Part shown: piece after piece, positions 24,983 through 32,164 of the stretch | Layout of the letters: every line of letters starts with the position of its first letter | Position numbering within the stretch: position 1 is the stretch's first letter | IMG/VR virus record: IMGVR_UViG_3300045988_105262 | DNA: 32,164 bases | Source: a virus | Strand: one strand, 5' to 3' | Program-made: the position numbers and the translations under genes | Notes under the pieces: model-generated | The model's database searches: none | Told to the model about the DNA's origin: nothing | The model's input: only the letters and a program-made list of their open reading frames with translations

Positions 24983-25347
24983 GTTACGCTTTCATGTTAC
25001 GATTTTAGCCCCAATGTTACGCATTTTCCTCCAAAATCGTAACACGATTTTAGCTAGTCCACGCCTAGGTTTTTCGGGGGTGTGTTACGATGTTACGTAT
25101 TTTTGCGGAATATAGGGGCTATATTCACACGCGACAAAGTACATTGCAAAAAAAAATGCGAAAAAATCCTTGTCGCATTGAAGCCGCGAAAAGGGGGCTT
25201 AGGGGTAAAAATACGTAATTTTCGTAACATTATATATTTTTATAATAAATAATACTTAATTATTCTATATATTATTAGATTCTGTATTGCCCAAAAATGT
25301 TACGATTTTGCCGTAACATGCCCCTTCAAAATCGTAACAATCGTAAC
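24983..25347. repeat. Iteron-like field: 11 exact GTTACG/CGTAAC hexamers (consensus ATGTTACGATTTT) in two clusters flanking an AT-rich core
   Basis: Forward copies at 24983, 24996, 25016, 25084, 25092 and 25299. Reverse copies at 25038, 25223, 25312, 25333 and 25342. The exact 13-mer is at 24994 and 25297. 25229..25290 is almost pure A/T. Confidence 0.85.
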
Positions 25348-25389
25348 ACCCTAATGTTATCCACAGTTTTTCCCCAATTTGTCCACAAG

Positions 25390-25413
25390 AAAACCGAATA
25401 CGAATTCGGTTTT
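25390..25413 (+). promoter_or_regulatory. Perfect 10-bp inverted repeat (aaaaccgaat acga attcggtttt) abutting the integrase RBS
   Basis: Read directly. The right arm ends in TTTT and is immediately followed by GAGGAGG and GTG 25428. Confidence 0.5.
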
Positions 25414-25427
25414 GAGGAGGTGCTATC

Positions 25428-27041
25428 GTGAAAACCGCAGTCACCTATGCCCGCTTCTCATCCGCTCGGCAGCATGAAACCTCCATCGAGGCGCAGCGTG
25501 ATGCGATGGCAAAGTGGTGCGTTCAGCATAACGTGCAAATCGTACAGGAGTATGCTGATCGTGCTGCATCCGGTACGAAGACCGAAGGGCGTAACGACTT
25601 TCTTCAGATGCTGTCTGATCTGAAAGCACGACGTGTTGATTATGTCCTCGTCCACAAATACGATCGGTTTGCAAGAAACGAGAACGATCAGTATTTCTAT
25701 ATGGCGATGATTGAAAAACGCGGCGCAAGGCTGATTGCAGTCGCCCAGGAGTTTGGCGACAGCCCTGAAGCGCGTTTTATGGTCGGTGTCATCACCGCAT
25801 ACAACGCTTTCTACTCAGCAAATCTGTCGAATGAATCTAAAAAAGGCAAGAACGTCATCAAAAAGCAAGGCAAGCATACCGGAGGGCCCTATCCGATCGG
25901 GTACGATCCGGACGGCAAAGGCAACTACATCGTCAACGAGGTTGAAGCGTATTTCGTCCGCGAGCTGTATAACGCTGTCATTACGCACAGACGCCTGGAT
26001 GACGTTGTAGACGAGATGCGCGACGCAGGTCTGCGCGGACGATATGGCGGTACGCTGAAAACAGCCAATCTTTCACGCATCGTCCGAAATCCTGTTTATA
26101 TGGGCGTATACCATCGCATCCTGTCCGACGGCACCGTTATTCACCTGGAGAACCACCATGAAGCTATTGTCGATAAAAGAACATTTGAGGAGGCTAACCG
26201 CATTATGGATTCACGCGCAAACGCTGGTCGAAACGACCGCAAAATCTATCCGCTGAGTGGCATCGCCTATTGTGCATGCTGTGGTGCAAAACTCGTCGCG
26301 CAGACTTCCCGCGCTCATGGGCACGAGTATTCGTCTTACTACTGCGCACAGTGCCATGACTTCCGCCGTATCCGCGCTGAAGAGCTGGATGGCGCTGCCA
26401 TCGACTACCTCAACGCTCTGTTTTCGCCAGAACGGCGCGCAGAGCTGTCAAAAGCCATTGAGGACTACTCCAAGCGCCTGATCTCTTCCGCTACCACGCG
26501 CCAGCCATCTGCTGCACGTGACATCAAAAAGCTCCAGCGCGAAATTGATTCCTTGACCGCCAACCTCGCATCCGGTGTGCTATCCCCAGATATGCTTGTC
26601 ATGATCGACCAACAGATTTCTTCTCGGCGTGAACGCATCAAAATTTTGCAGGAAAGCATCACTGCGCCTTCACCCGTCACGGCAGCCGATGTCGATGCGT
26701 TTTTCTCGGATGCGACCACTCTGGCGCCGGATATGGACGTGCGTCATCTGCGCCAAGTCATGCGCAAGTATATCAAGCGCGTAACGGTACACTCTACGGA
26801 GATCGAATTTGTTTCCACCTTCGACGACTGGCTGAGTGAAAAACTCAGTGCCGACCGAGAAAAAAGCGATGAAGGAGGTGGGGATAAACAAAGTGTAAGA
26901 ATCGAATCAAATAGGTGCGTATTTGAAGTAATTCTTACACTCTCATTCATTCATCGCACTCCCGGACTTGAACGCTATCGACGAACTCACCGCACTTTAT
27001 ACAAATCGCACAAAATCGAAGAACGAGTGAAAAGAAATTAA
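25428..27041 (+). CDS. int: Large serine recombinase (phage integrase)
   Basis: N-terminal resolvase motif VTYARFSSARQ. Recombinase domain. Zn-ribbon CACCGAKL...YYCAQC. C-terminal coiled coil. GTG start after GAGGAGG. Confidence 0.9.
   Translation: MKTAVTYARFSSARQHETSIEAQRDAMAKWCVQHNVQIVQEYADRAASGTKTEGRNDFLQMLSDLKARRVDYVLVHKYDRFARNENDQYFYMAMIEKRGARLIAVAQEFGDSPEARFMVGVITAYNAFYSANLSNESKKGKNVIKKQGKHTGGPYPIGYDPDGKGNYIVNEVEAYFVRELYNAVITHRRLDDVVDEMRDAGLRGRYGGTLKTANLSRIVRNPVYMGVYHRILSDGTVIHLENHHEAIVDKRTFEEANRIMDSRANAGRNDRKIYPLSGIAYCACCGAKLVAQTSRAHGHEYSSYYCAQCHDFRRIRAEELDGAAIDYLNALFSPERRAELSKAIEDYSKRLISSATTRQPSAARDIKKLQREIDSLTANLASGVLSPDMLVMIDQQISSRRERIKILQESITAPSPVTAADVDAFFSDATTLAPDMDVRHLRQVMRKYIKRVTVHSTEIEFVSTFDDWLSEKLSADREKSDEGGGDKQSVRIESNRCVFEVILTLSFIHRTPGLERYRRTHRTLYKSHKIEERVKRN
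26892..26941. other. Candidate attP: 50-bp imperfect dyad inside the 3' end of the integrase ORF
   Basis: The outer 11 bp are perfectly inverted (agtgtaagaat / attcttacact). 19 of 25 half-site positions are symmetric. The local GC drops to about 33%. Confidence 0.4.
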
Positions 27042-27195
27042 AAAATAGCGCATTTCAGATAAAATTTCTTTGCAGTGGGACCGTTCGGTGCCAGAGCAAG
27101 CATGTTTTTTTCAGAATCGGCAGGGGGATACCCTCCCAGGTGTTACTATTATAGTCGTGGGAAACCCAGTCGTTGCCGCTAAGCGGCAAACACGC

Positions 27196-27229
27196 ATAAA
27201 AAACAGCTGTACAAAGTCGTACAGCTGTT
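27196..27229 (-). terminator. Rho-independent terminator ending the minus-strand cargo cassette
   Basis: Perfect 11-bp stem aacagctgtac / gtacagctgtt with a 6-nt loop, followed on the minus strand by TTTTTTAT. Confidence 0.85.
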
Positions 27230-27238
27230 AATGTATCC

Positions 27239-27685
27239 TTATCTCTTGGCGATGGCATGCATGTACCGCGCGACCTTGTGCGCCTTGGCGTCCTTGTCGT
27301 CGACAAATGCTTTTGCCATCTTTCCGTAAAACTCCGGCGCATTAATACCCGCCGCCGAAATGGTCGGTCCATAGTCCGACCAGATCATATTGAGCGCGAC
27401 GAAAAACGCGATCATCTGATCGTCCGTCACGCCGAGCTTGTGCCCCAGCTCCGACGCGTCGGCATATGTCCAGCGCCCGCCGTGCGGCCTGGATGCGTCG
27501 GCGTTGTCCATGTGATCCACCCACGCCTGCGCCTGCTCCATCGTGATCGCTTCGCTGCCCTCACAGTCCTCATCAAGCGCGTCCATCGCGATGGACATCA
27601 GCGCATAATCGCGAACGTTACTCAGCGTCTGCGGGCACTGCTTGATCTGCTCTCTGGCTTCCCTGATGGTCTCAGCCGTCCACAT
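27239..27685 (-). CDS. Hypothetical cargo protein C (soluble, acidic)
   Basis: Open frame 27239..27691. The second ATG (27685) has better spacing from TAGGAGGG. No family recognised. Confidence 0.6.
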   Translation of the reverse strand: MWTAETIREAREQIKQCPQTLSNVRDYALMSIAMDALDEDCEGSEAITMEQAQAWVDHMDNADASRPHGGRWTYADASELGHKLGVTDDQMIAFFVALNMIWSDYGPTISAAGINAPEFYGKMAKAFVDDKDAKAHKVARYMHAIAKR

Positions 27686-27696
27686 GCTCATCCCTC

Positions 27697-28038
27697 CTAT
27701 GCCTTAATCCTGTCAATCTGATCGACCAACTTGTCCACATCCTCCGGCGTGAAGCTCATGCTATCCTGCCCGATCTGGACGGTCATGCGCCCGCCTGCCT
27801 TGGTCATCTGATCCTTGAGCTGCGTCGCCACAGCGCCGACGTCGATACAGCCATCCTCCGACATAATGCCCAGCGCCTGAAGCGTTGGCAGATACTTACC
27901 GACGATCCGCTCCGGGTGAGCCGCCGCCATGCCAACGGCCACGCCGTAGACGATCCCTTTCGCGCCGCTAATAGATGGGCGCACTACCACGTCATAGTAG
28001 TGCGCCACACCCGCGGCGACCTGCTGCAAAGTCGCCAT
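27697..28038 (-). CDS. Hypothetical cargo protein B (113 aa, one hydrophobic stretch GIVYGVAVGMAAA)
   Basis: GGGAGG RBS. Tightly packed between neighbouring genes. No family recognised. Confidence 0.6.
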   Translation of the reverse strand: MATLQQVAAGVAHYYDVVVRPSISGAKGIVYGVAVGMAAAHPERIVGKYLPTLQALGIMSEDGCIDVGAVATQLKDQMTKAGGRMTVQIGQDSMSFTPEDVDKLVDQIDRIKA

Positions 28039-28045
28039 ATGCTTT

Positions 28046-28606
28046 TTAGCCTCCCGTGCTCGCGCTGGCTGCGGCCGTCGTCGGCGCAGTCCACGAGTTA
28101 TAGCGCTGCATCGGCTGCGGGCAAATGTTGCTGTCCGGAATGACCGTCTTGGTCATTCCCTGAAGCGCCGCAACCTGGTTCTGCAAACAGCCGATCAGAC
28201 CGTTGTTGGTCGCGTTATAGACTGCCTGCTGTGCAAGCTGTCCCTCTACACCGCGCAGTCTGCCGTCAAAGTACTCGTACACCTTTAGGATTTTGCTGTC
28301 CGTGTGGATGTTCGCGTCGCGCAGCTTGACCTCGGTTTCCAGTTCCGCGATCCTCGCAGACTGAGAAGCCTCGTAGCGGTTGATCGTGTGATCCTCGCTA
28401 CAAGTGCACCCCGCCGTGCGCGGCGCAGCGTTGGCCATCATCATAGCCGCAGCCATATCCGTGGCCGCATTGCCCGCGCGATTTCCGCCAAGCAGATTGA
28501 GCAACGCACCGCCGCCACTCATAAGACCGAGCGCCGTGCCAGCAATACCAAGACCCAGACCAGCACCAGCCACACCTTTGGAAGCATACTCTTTATATTC
28601 CATCAT
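28046..28606 (-). CDS. Hypothetical cargo protein A: N-terminal glycine-zipper membrane segment, CTC motif, coiled coil
   Basis: ATG 28606 follows AGGAGGG. The segment GVAGAGLGLGIAGTALGLMSGGGALLNLLGG contains GxxxGxxxG. ARIAELETEVKLRD heptads. Confidence 0.65.
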   Translation of the reverse strand: MMEYKEYASKGVAGAGLGLGIAGTALGLMSGGGALLNLLGGNRAGNAATDMAAAMMMANAAPRTAGCTCSEDHTINRYEASQSARIAELETEVKLRDANIHTDSKILKVYEYFDGRLRGVEGQLAQQAVYNATNNGLIGCLQNQVAALQGMTKTVIPDSNICPQPMQRYNSWTAPTTAAASASTGG

Positions 28607-28637
28607 GCTTCCCTCCTTTCTGTTCCAATTTTCCCAC

Positions 28638-28670
28638 AAAAAAAAGACGCGCACCTGTCAGATACGCGTC
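28638..28670 (-). terminator. Rho-independent terminator after the late/lysis operon, only about 30 nt upstream of the next RBS
   Basis: Stem gacgcg(t)a / t(g)cgcgtc followed by T8 on the minus strand. Confidence 0.65.
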
Positions 28671-28704
28671 ATATTTCTATCAGATTTCTATCACACAAGC
28701 CAGT

Positions 28705-28923
28705 TTAACCATCTTTCGTATATGAAGATGCAGACATCCGTCTTTTGATCTCGCGAATACTGCGGCTGACGGTCGCAGGCGACATGCCCAGCGCCATGCT
28801 GATCTGCACAATGCTGTAACCGCGCCAGAGCAGGTCGAAGACCTGCCCCAGCCGGACGTGAACGTCAAAGCCGCAGCGTCGAGCGATCTCCTCTTTAGTG
28901 CGCCTGTCAAAGTCAAGGCGCAC
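28705..28923 (-). CDS. Small HTH DNA-binding protein (sigma-70 region 4 / LuxR-type HTH)
   Basis: GYSIVQISMALGMSPATVSRSIREIKRRM. GTG 28923 lies 8 nt after AAGGGAGG. Confidence 0.65.
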   Translation of the reverse strand: MRLDFDRRTKEEIARRCGFDVHVRLGQVFDLLWRGYSIVQISMALGMSPATVSRSIREIKRRMSASSYTKDG

Positions 28924-28938
28924 AGGAAACCGCCTCCC

Positions 28939-29397
28939 TTACTCGCTCGCGTCCTCTTCTGCTTCTTTGCGCTCACGCAGCTGCTCGAGCGCCTGCTGGA
29001 TAACCGGCGGAAACGGCACACCAGCCAACGCCAAGTTTTCAAGAATGGAAAGTCCCTCGTTGGCAATATAAAAGCAGATCATCGTCGTCCGGCAGACGGC
29101 CATGCCCGTCGGCAGCACGCGATCCACAATTGCCGCCATCAGCACAGCCAGGAGCATCAGCACCTTTTTACCGATGCCCATAAAGCCGATCTTGCTGTCC
29201 GGGCCGCCGCCCTCAGTCTTTCGGCTTTTGCCCATCCATGCGACGATGCAGCCGGTCATATAGTCGATCACCATCACCGCACAAAGCACCTTGATCATCT
29301 GATCCCATCCTCCGTATACCCCAGCCACAGCGCCAACGGCAGCCGCGCCGATCTTTAGCACCTTATCCCACACATCCGCAAAGCTATGCATGTTCAT
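28939..29397 (-). CDS. Holin (phage_holin_4_1-like)
   Basis: Multiple TM segments and the characteristic ANEGLSILENLALAGVPFP motif. Adjacent to the endolysin gene. Confidence 0.8.
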   Translation of the reverse strand: MNMHSFADVWDKVLKIGAAAVGAVAGVYGGWDQMIKVLCAVMVIDYMTGCIVAWMGKSRKTEGGGPDSKIGFMGIGKKVLMLLAVLMAAIVDRVLPTGMAVCRTTMICFYIANEGLSILENLALAGVPFPPVIQQALEQLRERKEAEEDASE

Positions 29398-29405
29398 ACC
29401 TCCTT

Positions 29406-30179
29406 TTAATCTTCAGCAACCGTCCACCTGCCCGCCAGCGTGATGTACACGCCGTCGCTCCTGCGCAGGGAAGTCGTCTCCACGTCCGCCGCCGTATCAT
29501 CCGCCGGAGAATCCGTGCCGCCGGAAGGGATGGATTCGTCCGTCGTCAGATACTCCCCAGACATGTACCCGGCTTCCCCGCTTTCCAGCTTGCCGAATAC
29601 CCAGCCCGTGCCGCCCGCCTCGCGGATCACGTTCACCCGCGTTCCATTCTCGGCTCTGGCAATCACCTTCGCCGCCGTACCCGCACCCTCGCGGATGTTC
29701 AGGTAGCCGCTCGTGACGCTTACCGTTGCGTTTCCAAACATCTTCTCATCTCCTTTCGTTTCGTACTTCACCGCGTTCAGCGGCGCGGCAAAAGCCCATC
29801 CCTTCGCGTCGCTGGCGACGAATCCCGTCTTGACGCCCTGCGCGTTCAGCACCTTGCCGTCCCGCCCCATCAGCCCGATGTGGTAGCAGTCGCCCGGCGA
29901 TTCGCCATACCAGCGGTTGCCCCTGTCCTCCTCCCGCCATGCGCGCATCTTAAAGACCGCATAGCCCGGCTTGGCTTCTCCGACTGGTACGACCTTCCCG
30001 ACCCGCAGGTGATAAATACTGTTGCTCCCGTGTTCGATGCTCCCGCCCATCTGCTTATACGCCCAGACGAACGCCCCGGAGCAGTCCACCAGCCCTTCCC
30101 GCGCCGCGCCCAGCTCATACGCCCAGTGTTCCCGCTCCATCCTCTCAAAGAGGTCGAGCAGCTTATTTACGTCAATCAT
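29406..30179 (-). CDS. Endolysin: NlpC/P60 cysteine peptidase + SH3b-like wall-binding domain
   Basis: Catalytic DCSGAFVW and CYHIG motifs. C-terminal GNATVSVTSGYLNIREGAGTAAKVIARAENGTRVNV...GYMSGEYL is SH3-like. Confidence 0.85.
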   Translation of the reverse strand: MIDVNKLLDLFERMEREHWAYELGAAREGLVDCSGAFVWAYKQMGGSIEHGSNSIYHLRVGKVVPVGEAKPGYAVFKMRAWREEDRGNRWYGESPGDCYHIGLMGRDGKVLNAQGVKTGFVASDAKGWAFAAPLNAVKYETKGDEKMFGNATVSVTSGYLNIREGAGTAAKVIARAENGTRVNVIREAGGTGWVFGKLESGEAGYMSGEYLTTDESIPSGGTDSPADDTAADVETTSLRRSDGVYITLAGRWTVAED

Positions 30180-30258
30180 CCCAAGCCCCTCCCGTGTGAA
30201 TGAACCGCCCGATTCCCATCGTCAGCAGCACGCCGCATACCGCAACAACGACAATCAA
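30172..30258 (-). CDS. 28-aa hydrophobic mini-protein MIVVVAVCGVLLTMGIGRFIHTGGAWDD, coupled to the endolysin start
   Basis: TTG 30258 lies 7 nt after AAGGAGG. Its stop overlaps the lysin ATG region. Below the length cutoff of the ORF track. Confidence 0.45.
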   Translation of the reverse strand: MIVVVAVCGVLLTMGIGRFIHTGGAWDD

Positions 30259-30293
30259 GTTATCGCCTCCTTAGTCAGTAATAGTGCCGTCAG

Positions 30294-30557
30294 TTATTCA
30301 TCGCCGCCGTCGCCAAAGCAGCGATTTACAATCTTGTCATATACGTCAAGATACATCTCATCCTTATCGCCGTTGTAGGTAACTTCAAACATGAGATTAT
30401 CGGGTGTCGGAGCGGCAAGAATCACTTTGTGATTTTGGAGCGTCTTGCATTGCCATACAACAAAAACGTCTGTCCACTCGATGGGCTTTTTGTGATAGTC
30501 AGCAAGATAGTCGGCAACTTTTTTCTTCGCCTCTACCATAAAATCATAGCTGGTCAT
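30294..30557 (-). CDS. Small conserved-looking phage protein between the fibre and lysis genes (function unknown)
   Basis: ATG 30557 (MTSYDFMVEAKKK...) lies 9 nt after AAGGAG. The upstream part of the track ORF (to 30617) overlaps the fibre stop. Confidence 0.6.
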   Translation of the reverse strand: MTSYDFMVEAKKKVADYLADYHKKPIEWTDVFVVWQCKTLQNHKVILAAPTPDNLMFEVTYNGDKDEMYLDVYDKIVNRCFGDGGDE

Positions 30558-30600
30558 ATCTTTCATCTCCTTTTTGCGGTTTAGTCCGCAATAGCCTCCT

Positions 30601-32164
30601 TTAGCGCATTTCGTCATACATATAAATTGGGTATTTCTTTTCTAACAATTCAAGAGGGTTGACGTTAATCAATCCTTTCGATTTTGCATATTGCACCACT
30701 TCTTTAAATCGTGTTGTTAATGCTTCTTCATTTTCGTCTGTCCACATACCAGTATGAGTCATCAAAATCATACTAGCTCCTATGGATGCGCAACTGTCAA
30801 TGTAGCTTTTTAGTTTTTCAGTATTTCCATCATTCACTTTATTAGTCAGTCCGAAACGAGGAATGTTGTATCTGTTATTTAATGTGTTTGGTTCTGCCGT
30901 TATATACTTTTTAGGATCAGCGTTTATCGCATAACGAAATCCGCGTTTTTGAGACATAGACATAATCCAACTTCTCGAAGCATCTGTATCGGGGATACCG
31001 CCGGGAACAACCCATACGGATTGTACATCAAAAAAGCCCCAAGAATTGAGCGTACGCAAACCTTTATTGAAATCTTGTTCTGCATATTTTAAGCATTCTG
31101 CATTTGTTCTGTTGACTGTATCCCAGCAGTTAAGTCCGCTGGGTGTTTGCGCTGCCTGATTATAGCAATGAAGATAGCATCCAAACCCTTCATTTTCATA
31201 GTTTCTAAGCATTGTAACAATGTTATCATCAAGTTCCAAGTGTCGTGCTTCTACGGCATATCCGCCTACCACACCATTAGCAATACATATATCATAGAAT
31301 TTCTTTACGCTTTTTTGTGTATTTGTGTCATCGTCAATAATTGCAAAATACATCGGCTGCGCTTTCACTGATTCCAGATATTTTCCGATATATGCATCAT
31401 TTCCGCTCATGTGCAAATTCAAATATTCTATTGTTTCAGATTTTTTTACCAGTTCATATGTTTCAAAACCAGTTGCTGCATCTCCATATTCGATTTGCAG
31501 TTGATTTTCTCCCGTTTGTGCATTCCAACAAATTCCAATGAATCTATATTTGGCCGGAATAACATGCGTTCCGTTATTATCTTTTGTATTCCATGCGTTC
31601 ATCGACCATTTCTCAATCGAATTTCCATGCAAAAAGGCAGTATAAGCACCACCCTTATCTGGGAAGCCGCTTAATGTTATTGTTTTGTACTGATTAACAT
31701 CGATTACAGCTGCCATCCACGTGTTATTAGCATCTGTGGCATTAAATTTATTATTGAGATAATAGCCATGCACAGCACCATCAACATTTAATAAATTTTT
31801 CTTAGGCAAATTCTTAATTGATAATTGGCGAGTTGTAAGTGATAAGCCTTCATTCGCAACATTCATTGCGCCTTTTGCAGATGCACTTGATTCTTTTGCT
31901 GTATTGTACGCTTTCGTTTCGCGGCTACCGTAAAATTTTATATCTTTTGCATCAGCCGGAACGATTAACCCTTTCCCATCCGGAGCCGTTCGTACTTTGC
32001 ATATCAAATATTTTATATCGTTCGTCAGTCCATTTGCAACAATCGTTCCAGTTGACCATATAATCACGGCTTTTAGAATTGTATATGATCCATCATTTTT
32101 GTCCGTCGCCCACACTGATATTTGCAAATTATCGGGTACGCAAATATGTATAGGGTAAGCCAAA
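30601..32164 (-). CDS. Tail fibre / receptor-binding protein, C-terminal part (low-GC module; possible NodB/CE4-like carbohydrate esterase fold)
   Basis: The ORF runs off the right edge. Its first codon, TTG at 32163, is an internal Leu of the joined gene. Weak motif resemblance: AIIDDD, WVVPGG, ILMTHTG. Hand-counted lines give 35-40% GC. Confidence 0.75.
   Translation of the reverse strand, partial: LAYPIHICVPDNLQISVWATDKNDGSYTILKAVIIWSTGTIVANGLTNDIKYLICKVRTAPDGKGLIVPADAKDIKFYGSRETKAYNTAKESSASAKGAMNVANEGLSLTTRQLSIKNLPKKNLLNVDGAVHGYYLNNKFNATDANNTWMAAVIDVNQYKTITLSGFPDKGGAYTAFLHGNSIEKWSMNAWNTKDNNGTHVIPAKYRFIGICWNAQTGENQLQIEYGDAATGFETYELVKKSETIEYLNLHMSGNDAYIGKYLESVKAQPMYFAIIDDDTNTQKSVKKFYDICIANGVVGGYAVEARHLELDDNIVTMLRNYENEGFGCYLHCYNQAAQTPSGLNCWDTVNRTNAECLKYAEQDFNKGLRTLNSWGFFDVQSVWVVPGGIPDTDASRSWIMSMSQKRGFRYAINADPKKYITAEPNTLNNRYNIPRFGLTNKVNDGNTEKLKSYIDSCASIGASMILMTHTGMWTDENEEALTTRFKEVVQYAKSKGLINVNPLELLEKKYPIYMYDEMR
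32046..32164. repeat. Right copy of the 119-bp terminal direct repeat (assembly overlap of a circular or concatemeric molecule)
   Basis: Identical to 1..119. The minus-strand ORF frame is continuous across the join. Confidence 0.95.

Larger units (their letters stand above)
1..32164. mobile_element. Complete temperate siphovirus-like phage genome (circular contig with 119-bp overlap): integrase, divergent repressors, replication, packaging, head, tail and lysis modules
   Basis: All canonical phage modules are present in syntenic order. The ends are identical, and one ORF reads continuously through the joined ends. Confidence 0.85.

Noticed and set aside
24852-25115. 87-aa plus-strand ORF in the immunity-integrase gap
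   Set aside because: It reads straight through the tandem DNA repeats, producing repeated FGK strings. It has no RBS. The region is better explained as protein-binding repeats.
24786-25347. Possible CRISPR array
   Set aside because: The repeats are only 11-13 bp, occur in both orientations and have irregular spacing. There are no spacers of constant length and no cas genes.
27042-27238. tRNA or attP-associated tRNA fragment downstream of int
   Set aside because: No cloverleaf and no conserved T-loop (GTTCRAnnC) were seen. Only a 7-bp hairpin (ttgccgc taa gcggcaa) and the cassette terminator are present.
28680-29066. 128-aa minus-strand ORF overlapping the holin 3' end and the HTH gene
   Set aside because: It is out of frame with two better-supported genes that each have strong RBSs. 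Its translation is Arg/Ser/Cys-rich.
1-32164. Diversity-generating retroelement acting on the fibre gene
   Set aside because: There is no reverse transcriptase ORF, and I saw no template/variable repeat pair. The only repeat in the fibre gene is a perfect 21-bp tandem duplication.

Overview
The window is a complete, circularly closed temperate siphovirus-type phage genome. It has about 32,045 bp of unique sequence, because nt 1..119 are repeated exactly at 32046..32164. Nearly all genes are on the minus strand. In transcription order they form four blocks. First, a Cro-like early operon: an acidic protein, Zn-ribbon proteins, a primase-helicase, a DUF3102-like protein and an ORF6C-like protein. 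Second, a late-regulator, HNH, frameshifted methyltransferase, TerS and TerL block. Third, an HK97-type head module and a tail module (major tail, frameshifting chaperone, tape measure, Dit, Tal, fibre). Fourth, a lysis cassette and a terminator-insulated three-gene cargo cassette. The plus strand carries only a CI-like XRE repressor and a large serine integrase. Strong AGGAGG ribosome-binding sites, a holin_4_1-like holin, an NlpC/P60+SH3 lysin and roughly 60-70% GC suggest a high-GC Firmicutes (Clostridia-like) host; this is inference. The main items beyond routine annotation are listed here.
- A 759-codon fibre gene spans the circular junction and is missing from the ORF track. It has an abrupt GC break and a low-GC C-terminal module.
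- The tail-tip protein carries ten HxH motifs.
- GGGTA cores are phased at exactly 10 bp next to the packaging genes.
- A DNA methyltransferase is split at a G6 homopolymer.
- A consensus early promoter has a palindromic operator in its spacer, and a second operator-like cluster (3 x 52 bp) lies 1 kb away.
- A GTTACG iteron field surrounds an AT-rich core.
- A 50-bp attP-like dyad sits inside the 3' end of the integrase ORF.
- An insulated three-gene cassette of unknown function encodes a glycine-zipper membrane protein.
All family assignments rest on motif recognition by eye; no searches were run.
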